A stretch of 64,000 nt of DNA. Origin: a virus. Location: the IMG/VR virus record IMGVR_UViG_3300042294_004068, positions 1 through 64,000 of that record. The stretch is one strand, 5' to 3'. The notes beneath the pieces were generated by a model. That model worked only from the letters and a program-made list of their open reading frames with translations, made no database searches and was not told the origin of the DNA. Shown piece by piece: positions 18,179 to 26,686 of the stretch. The translations under genes and the position numbers were made by a program. Position 1 is the stretch's first letter. Each line of letters begins with the position of its first letter.

Positions 18179-19258
18179 ATGGAGAGTTGGCAAAAGCTAC
18201 TGAGGTCAGACACCCCTCTAACCTCTTATGTAGAGATGGACAGTCTTACGCGGGACTTGGTCCGTCCCTTCGATTACGAAACAGACGGTATTTCAACCTT
18301 TCACCCGTTTGTTCTTCCAGAACTTCCTAGTGAGTTTAACCTTGGCGTAATCGTTGGTGCCTCTGGGACAGGTAAGTCAACTCTCCTCCAATCTTTTGGA
18401 AATCCAGTAGTCACAAAATGGGACTCAACTAAATCAATTGCTTCACACTTTAAAGACCCAGTAGATGCAAATGAAAGACTTTCGGCTGCTGGATTAATGT
18501 CAGTACCTGAGTGGGTTAAGCCTTACAACGTTTTGTCGAATGGTCAGAAGTTTCGAGCTGACTTAGCAATATCTTTGCAAAGTGGTGCTGTCATTGACGA
18601 GTACACCTCAGTAGTAGATAGAAACGTAGCCAAGGCTGCTTCAACATCAATGTCTAAATACATCCGTCGCAACAACATAAAAGGAGTCGTACTGGCTACA
18701 GTCCACCGCGACATCCTTGAGTTCCTTGAGCCAGATTGGGTCATAGACACCGACCGCGGCGAGTGGACCTCAGGAAGGTATCTTCAACGACCTGAACTGG
18801 TTCTCGACATTTACCCTGCCCACAACAGCGTTTGGAGCTACTTCGCTTCGCACCACTATCTCTCGCAGCAACTCAATAAAGCCTCACACAGCTACGTGGC
18901 TATCTGGGAACAACAGTTAGTTGGTTACGTAGCATCCATGACTTACCCTTCAGGTACCGTACAAAATGCATGGCGTGAACATCGCTTAGTTGTACATCCT
19001 GATTATCAAGGACTTGGTTTTGGACCAAAGATTTCTGAAGCAGTTGCTCAACATTACTTAAGCAATAATAAAAGATATTTTTCTAAGACTTCTCATCCTC
19101 GTTTAGGAGAATATAGAGACACTTCTCCATTATGGAAACCAACTTCAAAAAATCACATGAAGCGTTCAGATGGACGTATACATCGTGAAAACATGCGGTG
19201 GGAATTAAATCCAAATCGATGGTCTTATTCTCACGAATACATTGGAAAAAATGACTAA
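18179..19258 (+). CDS. ABC-type ATPase fused to GNAT (Mom-like) acetyltransferase
   Basis: GASGTGKS, LSNGQ, IDEY; HHYL and RLVVHPDYQGLGFG. Confidence 0.85.
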   Translation: MESWQKLLRSDTPLTSYVEMDSLTRDLVRPFDYETDGISTFHPFVLPELPSEFNLGVIVGASGTGKSTLLQSFGNPVVTKWDSTKSIASHFKDPVDANERLSAAGLMSVPEWVKPYNVLSNGQKFRADLAISLQSGAVIDEYTSVVDRNVAKAASTSMSKYIRRNNIKGVVLATVHRDILEFLEPDWVIDTDRGEWTSGRYLQRPELVLDIYPAHNSVWSYFASHHYLSQQLNKASHSYVAIWEQQLVGYVASMTYPSGTVQNAWREHRLVVHPDYQGLGFGPKISEAVAQHYLSNNKRYFSKTSHPRLGEYRDTSPLWKPTSKNHMKRSDGRIHRENMRWELNPNRWSYSHEYIGKND

Positions 19259-19283
19259 TCTGTTACAGGTCTACACTGACTAT

Positions 19284-19577
19284 ATGAGCGATATGAACTC
19301 TCCTGACTCTCCGCAGGAAGAGCCAAAAAAGGACTCTGTTGATTTTAATCAACTAGAGATTGAGCTTGGCATGTCTTCTTTGGACGAAGATGCAGCTCAA
19401 ATGCATGAACTTTTTAAGTCTCTAGTTAAGGCAGGATTTAGAGAGCGTCAAGCTCTTCGCCTCGTTGCTCTAATTATCACCGAGCATGATGTTTTAGATG
19501 AAGCAATAGTTTTTCAGTCAGACATTGATTTTGATGACTCTGATGAGTCAGAGATAGATTTCGACGAAGAAGAGTAG
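19284..19577 (+). CDS. Acidic hypothetical protein
   Basis: Leaderless TACACT + 6 nt defines start; HELFKSLVKAGF motif. Confidence 0.65.
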   Translation: MSDMNSPDSPQEEPKKDSVDFNQLEIELGMSSLDEDAAQMHELFKSLVKAGFRERQALRLVALIITEHDVLDEAIVFQSDIDFDDSDESEIDFDEEE

Positions 19578-19579
19578 TC

Positions 19580-19921
19580 GTGGAAGAGCAAGATCAAGAT
19601 AGGTTTGACTATCTCTTCGAACTCCTCCTTGAGATGGGTGCTGTAGAGTTTTATGGCATATCACCTGATACAGGTGAAGCGGTCTACAAGATAACTGATG
19701 TTTGCGAAGAGCTATTCCCTGAGCTTTGGAACATGCAAGTACAGCATGTAGGAGAAACCGCCAATGCCCTATGGCAAAAAGGCTTAGTTGAAATAAACCT
19801 TACAGTCTCAGGTGAGACAGTTTATTTTAGAGAGCATAACTATAATAAATATCTAGAATTAAAAGATTCCCTGTCAGTAGAGGAAAAATCTTTTATTCAA
19901 GTTTTTCTTGACGATATGTAA
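19580..19921 (+). CDS. Hypothetical protein
   Basis: G...TGEAVYKITD, LWQKGLV. Confidence 0.65.
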   Translation: MEEQDQDRFDYLFELLLEMGAVEFYGISPDTGEAVYKITDVCEELFPELWNMQVQHVGETANALWQKGLVEINLTVSGETVYFREHNYNKYLELKDSLSVEEKSFIQVFLDDM

Positions 19922-19953
19922 TACTATGGTTCATATCCGAGTAGGAGGTAGAA

Positions 19954-20193
19954 ATGGCTTACGCAAGATTTTTTTCTGATGATGTTTATGTATATGCACA
20001 TTCATCAGGCGGAGTAGTCTGTCAAATGTGCAGCTTCGGTGACATGATTGAAACTTTTTATAAAGCTGAATCAACTCAAGAAATGATTGACCACCTCAAG
20101 GCTCATCAAAAAAAGGGTGACTCTATGCCTTCAAATATTTTTGACATGCTTTGGGCAGATGACGCTGAAAACTACCCAACTAAAAAGAATTAG
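19954..20193 (+). CDS. Hypothetical protein
   Basis: AGGAGG SD; CxxC and HxxxH. Confidence 0.7.
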   Translation: MAYARFFSDDVYVYAHSSGGVVCQMCSFGDMIETFYKAESTQEMIDHLKAHQKKGDSMPSNIFDMLWADDAENYPTKKN

Positions 20194-20600
20194 AAGTTTT
20201 TTACGTCTCTTAAACTTCTCATAGTTTCTTCTATATGAGGCGGAAGATTAGTTGGAATAATTGTATTGTTTTCGTAATTTTCATCTTTTCTTGGAGTCAT
20301 AATGACTGTCTTACCTGCATCGTTTGAGTATGCCCGAGGATTTCTTTTGTTTCTCCAGATTTCTGGACCAACTTCTTCCCATTCAGCTGGGTGAGCAGTT
20401 AGAGGTTTTAAGTTGTCGTGCCTCATAAGCTTTTCTAAAATTTCTGGTGTGAAATAAATAGTGTCTTGGTTGTGGGAAAATTCTGTAAAGACGTCTAACA
20501 CCTTTAAGTAAAACTCTTTGTAAATTGGCTGTTCGTCAACAATATCAAGCTCAGTCTTGGCATGACGCATCCATTCTTCTTTGCTGTATTCAAATGCCAT
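20190..20600 (-). CDS. Conserved phage hypothetical protein
   Basis: LKPLT...EW...WRNKR...SNDAGKT. Confidence 0.7.
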   Translation of the reverse strand: MAFEYSKEEWMRHAKTELDIVDEQPIYKEFYLKVLDVFTEFSHNQDTIYFTPEILEKLMRHDNLKPLTAHPAEWEEVGPEIWRNKRNPRAYSNDAGKTVIMTPRKDENYENNTIIPTNLPPHIEETMRSLRDVKNF

Positions 20601-21321
20601 CGTTATTTCTATTCCTTACGTTGTCGTTGTACCACTGTCTGCCTTCGACAATACTATTGACGAATACAGGCTCACCTAAGTCTACCGAAGCAAACCAGTC
20701 ATACCACTTAGGCAGACAGTCTATGTATGGCCCATCTAGTAAAGCAAAAGGCACCCCATAGGCATGTGCAGTCATAGCAGCATGCATAGAGCCAGCTAGT
20801 ACAAATCTTGCACCAGAAATCTTGTGAACTATACGTATAGTGTCGTCAAGAGTTTCAACTACTGCACTATAAATTTCATCTGCTCCATACTCATGAGCAG
20901 TAAATTCATTATATTCAGACGGGTCTTTTAGATGGCGCATTACAAATGCCAAACCATTAGGTTGAGCTTTTGTCAGTAGTTCAGGAAGAACATAGGCAGG
21001 GTCTCTTGTAAATTCAACATCTATCCCATGTCTTGCTAACTCAGCTTGAGTGTTTGGGCCACGCACAGTCCTAAACTCACAGAGCTCAACAAGACTGCTA
21101 TCTAACTCTTCGCCTCTCCACCCACATGTAATAAAAACTGGTTTTAATCCAAGTCTTAAAGTTTCTTCTATTATTTCATTACATATAACGCTTCCCAAAG
21201 GGAAGTACATGTGGTCTTGGTTTTCTGCCCACATTTTATAAATAGAGGGTGGCGTTATTAACTCAGCCAGCGCATCGCCATAGTTCCTGACAACGCCATC
21301 CATCTTCCACTCGTATATCAC
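20590..21321 (-). CDS. Polysaccharide pyruvyl transferase family (ExoV-like)
   Basis: NYGDAL, VRGPNT, DPA and SMHAAMTAHAYGVP. Confidence 0.8.
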   Translation of the reverse strand: MIYEWKMDGVVRNYGDALAELITPPSIYKMWAENQDHMYFPLGSVICNEIIEETLRLGLKPVFITCGWRGEELDSSLVELCEFRTVRGPNTQAELARHGIDVEFTRDPAYVLPELLTKAQPNGLAFVMRHLKDPSEYNEFTAHEYGADEIYSAVVETLDDTIRIVHKISGARFVLAGSMHAAMTAHAYGVPFALLDGPYIDCLPKWYDWFASVDLGEPVFVNSIVEGRQWYNDNVRNRNNDGI

Positions 21322-21376
21322 CCAACAACCCTACCCTCTCCCCCTCACCTTTATTTCTCGCAACGCCGATGCTTTT

Positions 21377-21399
21377 AACGGAAAGGAAGCCCGGAAAAT
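21377..21399 (+). repeat. 23-bp dispersed repeat, copy 1
   Basis: AACGGAAAGGAAGCCCGGAAAAT. Confidence 0.8.
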
Positions 21400-21423
21400 C
21401 CAATTTTGAACTATGATAAATAC

Positions 21424-22176
21424 ATGGCTAAAGACAACAGCGACGAGATAGTCGTATATTGGGGACCAATTTTTGAAATTTACCCTGATACTTACATCGA
21501 CTGGAATATTTTTTATCAAGACCCAATAGAGGTCTTGCCAGAGTTTAAAAAACAAAAAGACAAAGGTGCTAAGCAAGAAAGTCTTATCTATTGCCCAGCT
21601 TTTAACTCCAACTACAAAAATACTTTTATGATAAATAATGTAACAGATAGTAAGTTTGTTTACAACAATCAGGAGGGTATGTGGGAGATACCAAATAAGT
21701 ATCAAATTCATCCAGCTAAATCTAAAGTTAGAACTCCATACATTGTAAATAGGCATCCATTGATGCTTTCAATGGCTTGGCTATTTGTTGCAGAAGAGAG
21801 CCTTGAGATGGAGATGATTGCCCCCTACCTACACAGAACCGAAGCTTCCAAGTATGGAGTTATTGGAACAGGTAAGTTTGACATTGGTAAGTGGTTTAGA
21901 CCAGTTCACGCAGAGTACCTACTGTGGGAAGGTGTAGAACACATGCACATTTCTGAAGGCGAGCCTATGTTTTATGTCAGGTTTAACACAGACAAAAAAG
22001 TTGTTTTAAAAAGATTTGTCAACAATGAAGAGATTTTTAAGCGTACTGTTTCTATAGTAGAAACTAAATATATTTTTGGTAAATTTCCTCCTTTAGAAAG
22101 ACTTTACGACTATTTTGCTAAAACAAGAACAAAAGATGTAATGCTAAAAGCCATCAAAGAGTCTGTGATTGATTAA
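21424..22176 (+). CDS. Conserved phage protein, distant relative of paralogs A and B
   Basis: CPAF, GKFDIGKWFRP and GEPMFY; leaderless TATGAT + 6 nt sets start. Confidence 0.65.
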   Translation: MAKDNSDEIVVYWGPIFEIYPDTYIDWNIFYQDPIEVLPEFKKQKDKGAKQESLIYCPAFNSNYKNTFMINNVTDSKFVYNNQEGMWEIPNKYQIHPAKSKVRTPYIVNRHPLMLSMAWLFVAEESLEMEMIAPYLHRTEASKYGVIGTGKFDIGKWFRPVHAEYLLWEGVEHMHISEGEPMFYVRFNTDKKVVLKRFVNNEEIFKRTVSIVETKYIFGKFPPLERLYDYFAKTRTKDVMLKAIKESVID

Positions 22177-22628
22177 TGGAATCTTCAGCGCTTATTGAAC
22201 TTGAGAGGATGTTCAAGCAGAACAAAGTTGGATTTACTGCCTCATGCTTTGACTTACTTCATGCAGGGCACATTTTGATGCTTGAAGAGGCAAAAACCGT
22301 CTGCGATCACTTAATAGTTGCCCTGCAGACTGACCCAAGTATTGATAGACCCGAAAAGCGCAAGCCAATCCAATCTTTAATTGAGCGTCAGATTCAGTTA
22401 AAAGCAGTTAGTTATGTAGATGAGATTGTTGTTTATGAGACCGAGGAAGACCTACTCAACCTATTAAAAACCCTGCCTATTGATGTTCGTATCATCGGGG
22501 AGGACTACGCAGGTAAAGACTTCACAGGACGCGACTGGTGCGCAACTCACGGTATAGAAATTTATTACAATAGTAGGAAGCACGAATACTCTTCAACGGA
22601 GTTGATAGAGCGTATCCGAAAGGGTTGA
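22176..22628 (+). CDS. tagD: Glycerol-3-phosphate cytidylyltransferase family
   Basis: FDLLHAGH (HxGH), GEDY and SSTELIERI. Confidence 0.85.
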   Translation: MESSALIELERMFKQNKVGFTASCFDLLHAGHILMLEEAKTVCDHLIVALQTDPSIDRPEKRKPIQSLIERQIQLKAVSYVDEIVVYETEEDLLNLLKTLPIDVRIIGEDYAGKDFTGRDWCATHGIEIYYNSRKHEYSSTELIERIRKG

Positions 22629-22629
22629 A

Positions 22630-22845
22630 ATGAATTACAGAAGTATTGAAGCTGGCTCAATAGCTCAAGGGTGGGGAAGTTTTACTGCTCCAGCTTTAGA
22701 TGACGCTGTAACTCTATCTATTACTACTAAGTGTCCAGAAAAGTGGCTTCTTGTTGATAGAGAGACTGGACAGGTCTACCAAGGTTCTTCTGAAGTAAAT
22801 CCTTACATGTCTTCACAATACTTGTGGAAACCGATAGACTCTTAG
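22630..22845 (+). CDS. Conserved phage hypothetical protein
   Basis: TKCPEKWLLVDRETGQVY. Confidence 0.65.
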   Translation: MNYRSIEAGSIAQGWGSFTAPALDDAVTLSITTKCPEKWLLVDRETGQVYQGSSEVNPYMSSQYLWKPIDS

Positions 22846-22869
22846 TCTAAACCGATATAGAAAGACAGA

Positions 22870-23331
22870 ATGAGAAAAGTTGTAGTAGGTATTGCTTTAA
22901 TTGTTTTATCACTTGGAACTCTTGTTTTTACTCAGCAATCAAAAGCAGATTGCGCAGAACTTTACATAGACTATGGCCCGCTTAACGGTGGTGCAAAAAC
23001 AACTCAGTGCATTCCTGTAGAGGGAGAGATACCAGCTCTTGAGTTTTTAAAGCTTGCTAACGTTGATATCGAAGGCACTCAAAAGTATGGAAATGCTGTT
23101 GTTTGCCGAGTCAATAACTATCCAGACAGCTCTATGGAAACTTGTGAAAGTATGCCACCAGAGAAAGCGTACTGGGCAGTTTTGTATAAAGAGCATGACC
23201 ATTTCTTAAATCCATTTGATTTAGTTGGTGAATGGGGATGGGCTCAAACAGGTATTGACCAAATCCCAATTCATAATGGGGATGGGATTGCTCTTGTGTT
23301 TGCTAACAATGGAGAGGTTAAATTCCCGTGA
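22870..23331 (+). CDS. Secreted/anchored SCO2322/DUF4430-like putative cobalamin-binding protein
   Basis: Signal/TM; VCRVNNYP..C..MPP..AYWA...W.WAQTG pattern. Confidence 0.55.
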   Translation: MRKVVVGIALIVLSLGTLVFTQQSKADCAELYIDYGPLNGGAKTTQCIPVEGEIPALEFLKLANVDIEGTQKYGNAVVCRVNNYPDSSMETCESMPPEKAYWAVLYKEHDHFLNPFDLVGEWGWAQTGIDQIPIHNGDGIALVFANNGEVKFP

Positions 23332-23486
23332 AAACTCTAACGCGTCCTACTGACATTATTTCTGGCGAGCAGACTAAGGCAACTCTATGGGTGCAGTTTG
23401 CAGTAACACTTGGTTTTAACGCGGTAGGGCTTTACGTTTCTCATCAAATTACGCTACACGTGTGGCGTGCCATGACAGGACACTAA
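23328..23486 (+). CDS. 52-aa single-TM peptide with His residues (not in ORF track)
   Basis: GGAGAGG SD; GTGA and TAATG overlaps with both neighbours. Confidence 0.65.
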   Translation: MKTLTRPTDIISGEQTKATLWVQFAVTLGFNAVGLYVSHQITLHVWRAMTGH

Positions 23487-24055
23487 TGGTAAACCTCACT
23501 CGCATCTATACCAAGACTGGCGATGATGGCACCACATCTCTCGGAGATATGAGCCGTACATCTAAGAATGACCCACGCCTTGAGGCTTTTGCAACTGTAG
23601 ATGAGGCTAACTCTTTTATTGGTGTTGCTATGTTGCATGTAGAGAGTCGAGAGATAAAGACTCTTCTTCTTCGTATTCAAAATGAGTTGTTTGATGTTGG
23701 TGCTGATTTGTGCACTCCTGTAGTAGAAAACCCAACAACTGAAGCCCTTCGAGTTACCGAGAAACAGATTTACTATATTGAGACTCAGATTGACTATTAC
23801 AACTCATTTTTAGACCCCCTGCGTTCTTTTGTACTTCCATCAGGAACTTCTAGTTCTAGCCATCTCCATGTTGCACGTACAGTTGTTCGTCGTGCAGAAA
23901 GAGCAACATGGCATGCAATACATCAGTTTGGTGATGGAGTAAATCTTTTGACTGCTCGTTATTTAAATAGGTTGTCAGACCTTCTTTTTGTTATGGCTCG
24001 ATACGAAAACCGTTCAGTTGGAGATTCTCTTTGGGAAGCAGGTAGGGATAGATAA
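23486..24055 (+). CDS. pduO: ATP:cob(I)alamin adenosyltransferase, PduO type
   Basis: IYTKTGDDGTT, VDEANS, QNELFDVGADL, ARTVVRRAER and YLNRLSDLLF. Confidence 0.95.
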   Translation: MVNLTRIYTKTGDDGTTSLGDMSRTSKNDPRLEAFATVDEANSFIGVAMLHVESREIKTLLLRIQNELFDVGADLCTPVVENPTTEALRVTEKQIYYIETQIDYYNSFLDPLRSFVLPSGTSSSSHLHVARTVVRRAERATWHAIHQFGDGVNLLTARYLNRLSDLLFVMARYENRSVGDSLWEAGRDR

Positions 24056-24165
24056 TGGCAGCTAAATCAGCTAGAGTTACAAACGACAAAAGAAACAACG
24101 GAAAAGCTTTTAAGAAGTATCCAAAAAAGTTTGATCAAACTAAGAGAAGATTAGTTACAGCATAG
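24055..24165 (+). CDS. 36-aa basic peptide (not in ORF track)
   Basis: TAATG coupling to pduO; MAAKSARVTNDKRNNGKAFKKYPKKFDQTKRRLVTA. Confidence 0.5.
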   Translation: MAAKSARVTNDKRNNGKAFKKYPKKFDQTKRRLVTA

Positions 24166-24172
24166 TTAAACT

Positions 24173-24247
24173 GCCCTGATAGCTCAGTGGTAGAGCATTC
24201 GCCTTGTAAGCGAAGGGTCGTCAGTTCAATCCTGACTCGGGGCTCCA
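24173..24247 (+). tRNA. tRNA-Thr(TGT)
   Basis: Cloverleaf; acceptor GCCCTGA/TCGGGGC, anticodon loop CT-TGT-AA, encoded CCA. Confidence 0.95.
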
Positions 24248-24255
24248 CATTTCAA

Positions 24256-24326
24256 TCCCTGTTCGTCTAACGGCAAGACGCCGCCCTTTGGAGGCGGTTA
24301 TCGTGGTTCGAATCCATGACGGGGAG
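24256..24326 (+). tRNA. tRNA-Gln(TTG)
   Basis: Cloverleaf; TCCCTGT/ACGGGGA, CT-TTG-GA, GTTCGAATC; no encoded CCA. Confidence 0.93.
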
Positions 24327-24327
24327 C

Positions 24328-25056
24328 TTAGTTATACTCTTTCTTAGACCAAAATCTGTCTTTGTATCCGTTATAAAAACTCATTTTTAGTTTTCTTAAA
24401 GAACCATTTACTCGTTTTACATCTTCTTTAGTAGTTTCAAAACTCATAGCATACGACTCTCTTTTAAAAGGAATCACTTGCACCATTGGGTACCCAGCAG
24501 GGAGTATTCCAGTCCATTCAGGGTCTATCAAAAAAGGAAAGTTGATTGGATGTGTAAAAGTGTCAGTGTCTACAACTCCTGGCAAACACTCAACAATTCT
24601 TTCATTTTTATCTCTATTTAAGGGGGATATAAACAGACAGGAGTAACCTGGTGGAGTGATAATTACCCAAGGCGAGTTAAATTTTGGAATTGCATTATTT
24701 GGATGCTCTTCAACTTGAGGATGTGTAGTCATTTGTAACGGGGGGTGGAAAGCAAGAACTTCATGGTCAGGCCACTGAAAAAGCTGTTGACCGTTTTGTT
24801 TAGTTACTTTTACATCTGTTGGTAAAGGGATAATATACCCAGCAGTCATGGCATCTAACATTGGTATGCATTTTTTGCCAGTTGCTGTCCCCTGATTAAT
24901 TCCTACTTCATTCCAGTAAACCTGACCCTGCTTGCCATCGATGTATGAAGGCAGTTTTTTATACCACTCTGGTAAAACCTTTTTTGCGGGGTAGGGTCTT
25001 ACTTCCTCAGGGATATCCCCTAAAGCATCTAAGAACTTAATTTTGATTTCTCGCAT
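24328..25056 (-). CDS. Conserved phage protein, DUF6065-like (paralog B)
   Basis: PEWYKK, KKCIPMLDAM, TPPGYS, GVVDTD and VIPFKR. Confidence 0.7.
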   Translation of the reverse strand: MREIKIKFLDALGDIPEEVRPYPAKKVLPEWYKKLPSYIDGKQGQVYWNEVGINQGTATGKKCIPMLDAMTAGYIIPLPTDVKVTKQNGQQLFQWPDHEVLAFHPPLQMTTHPQVEEHPNNAIPKFNSPWVIITPPGYSCLFISPLNRDKNERIVECLPGVVDTDTFTHPINFPFLIDPEWTGILPAGYPMVQVIPFKRESYAMSFETTKEDVKRVNGSLRKLKMSFYNGYKDRFWSKKEYN

Positions 25057-25150
25057 ACTCCATAACTTACACTGTTTTTCCTATAAAACCCATACCTATG
25101 TGTTTTATAATCAGTTTATTCACTAAGTTTCCTTACCCGACAAGCAAGGA

Positions 25151-25195
25151 AAAAGGCGGCTGGACCAATAAAAAACGGTCCAGTCGCCTTCTTTT
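25151..25195. terminator. Hairpin, probable intrinsic terminator
   Basis: AAGGCGGCTGGACC...GGTCCAGTCGCCTT followed by CTTTT. Confidence 0.55.
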
Positions 25196-25237
25196 CTATA
25201 AGCGATAATAGACCTTGGACAGTGTATTGGAGGGAAA

Positions 25238-25459
25238 ATGAGAAAACTAGGACTCCTAAGCGTGGTAGCGCTAGGTCTTCTTCTCACAGGGTGTGGAAAC
25301 GGTCATTACCGATATCCATGTCAAGACCCTGTAAATTGGGAAACAGCAGATTGCAAACCGCCTATCTGCACAGTCGCTGGGACATGCCCAGAAGACTTGG
25401 TTGGTGAGGATGTAGTTAATGGAACTACATCAGATGGAGGAACAGTAACAAATGACTAG
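25238..25459 (+). CDS. Small Cys-rich lipoprotein in lysis cassette
   Basis: Lipobox LTGC; YRYPCQDP..W....CKPP.C...G.C. Confidence 0.7.
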   Translation: MRKLGLLSVVALGLLLTGCGNGHYRYPCQDPVNWETADCKPPICTVAGTCPEDLVGEDVVNGTTSDGGTVTND

Positions 25460-25844
25460 AGTTAGGTACTCTTCAGCAGATCTAGATGCTCGCTTGAAGT
25501 TTATTCTTGGAATCATTCTTGGATTGATTCTATTGTTCACAGCAGTTGGCATTCTTTATGCGCTGATTTTTGTTACTCAGCCAGTCAATGCTCAGTCTGA
25601 GAATGACAAGATGTTCTTTAATGTTTTGGGAAGCATCGCAACATTTATTACAGGAACACTTGCAGGTATTTTGATTGGCAGCAAGGGCGGAGATTCTCCT
25701 GCACCTATTGACTTCGGAACACCAGAAGCACCTGCAGCAGCGGCACCAGTAGACCCAACACCTACTGAAGATGCTCCAACAGGTAAGCCAGAAGGCCAAA
25801 TGCCAGAAGAACAAGACATCGATGAAGGATGGGATAAAGACTAA
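25452..25844 (+). CDS. Two-TM membrane protein (holin-like)
   Basis: Two TM helices, acidic Pro-rich tail; directly before CHAP lysin. Confidence 0.65.
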   Translation: MTRVRYSSADLDARLKFILGIILGLILLFTAVGILYALIFVTQPVNAQSENDKMFFNVLGSIATFITGTLAGILIGSKGGDSPAPIDFGTPEAPAAAAPVDPTPTEDAPTGKPEGQMPEEQDIDEGWDKD

Positions 25845-25846
25845 CA

Positions 25847-26407
25847 ATGGCAGATATGGGGACAGCAGCCAAACTTATTGAGGTTGCAAAAGCTGAATTA
25901 GGAACTATTGAAGGTCCTAAGGATAACGAAACAAAGTACGGTGCTTACACAAAGGCTAACTTCCAACCCTGGTGCGGAAGTTTCGTCAACTGGTGCGGGA
26001 ACGAGGCCGGGGTAAAAATCCCTAACACTGTTTTCACTCCAGCTGGCGCAGCAGCGTTTAAAAAAGCTGGTCGTTGGTACGACGCACAAGTGTGTGACCC
26101 AGAGCCAGGCGATATTGCGTATTTTGATTTCCCGGCAGATGGCGTTGATCGTATTAGTCACGTTGGAATTGTCATTGCAGACAATAACGATGGAACTGTC
26201 TGGTGTATCGAAGGAAACACTAGCCCAGATAAAAAGGGAAGCCAACGAAATGGCGGACAAGTTTCAAAGAAACTTCGTGGATATAAGAAGAACAAGGCTG
26301 GCGAACAGATTTCAATCGTTGGCTTTGGTCGTCCTAAGTTCAAAGGAGCGGGTGCAGCACCTGCTGCTCCAGCTGCAGCAGCTAAATGCCCAACTTGCGG
26401 TAAGTAA
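25847..26407 (+). CDS. CHAP-domain endolysin
   Basis: PWCGSFVNW, SHVGIV and IEGNT. Confidence 0.88.
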   Translation: MADMGTAAKLIEVAKAELGTIEGPKDNETKYGAYTKANFQPWCGSFVNWCGNEAGVKIPNTVFTPAGAAAFKKAGRWYDAQVCDPEPGDIAYFDFPADGVDRISHVGIVIADNNDGTVWCIEGNTSPDKKGSQRNGGQVSKKLRGYKKNKAGEQISIVGFGRPKFKGAGAAPAAPAAAAKCPTCGK

Positions 26408-26416
26408 GGAAATATA

Positions 26417-26605
26417 ATGGAAGCAGTAATTGTTTACCTTCTTCTTGGCGCTGTCATAGCTTTAATTGCTATTGCTGATGACAAAAACGCAAAGAAGATT
26501 GAAAAAGGATATAACCCAAACGCTACTGACCGCGATGGCGATGGGATTATTCAAGAAGGAACTAAGTTCCAACGTAAGGCAAAAAAGCCTAAGAAAAAGC
26601 AATAA
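26417..26605 (+). CDS. Small membrane protein
   Basis: N-terminal TM; DRDGDG motif; Lys-rich tail. Confidence 0.65.
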   Translation: MEAVIVYLLLGAVIALIAIADDKNAKKIEKGYNPNATDRDGDGIIQEGTKFQRKAKKPKKKQ

Positions 26606-26622
26606 CAGCTTCTAGACTTACG

Positions 26623-26661
26623 AAAGCACCTGTAGTAGAGTGATCTATTACAGGTGTTTTT
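26623..26661 (+). terminator. Intrinsic terminator
   Basis: AAGCACCTGTAGTAGA-gtga-TCTATTACAGGTGTTTTT. Confidence 0.65.
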
Positions 26662-26686
26662 CATTATATAGACAAAGGGACTTTAT

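Noticed and set aside
25126-25195. preQ1-like riboswitch (hairpin plus AATAAAAAAC)
   Set aside because: The A-run is the loop of a terminator-like stem, the loop consensus is missing and no queuosine genes are adjacent
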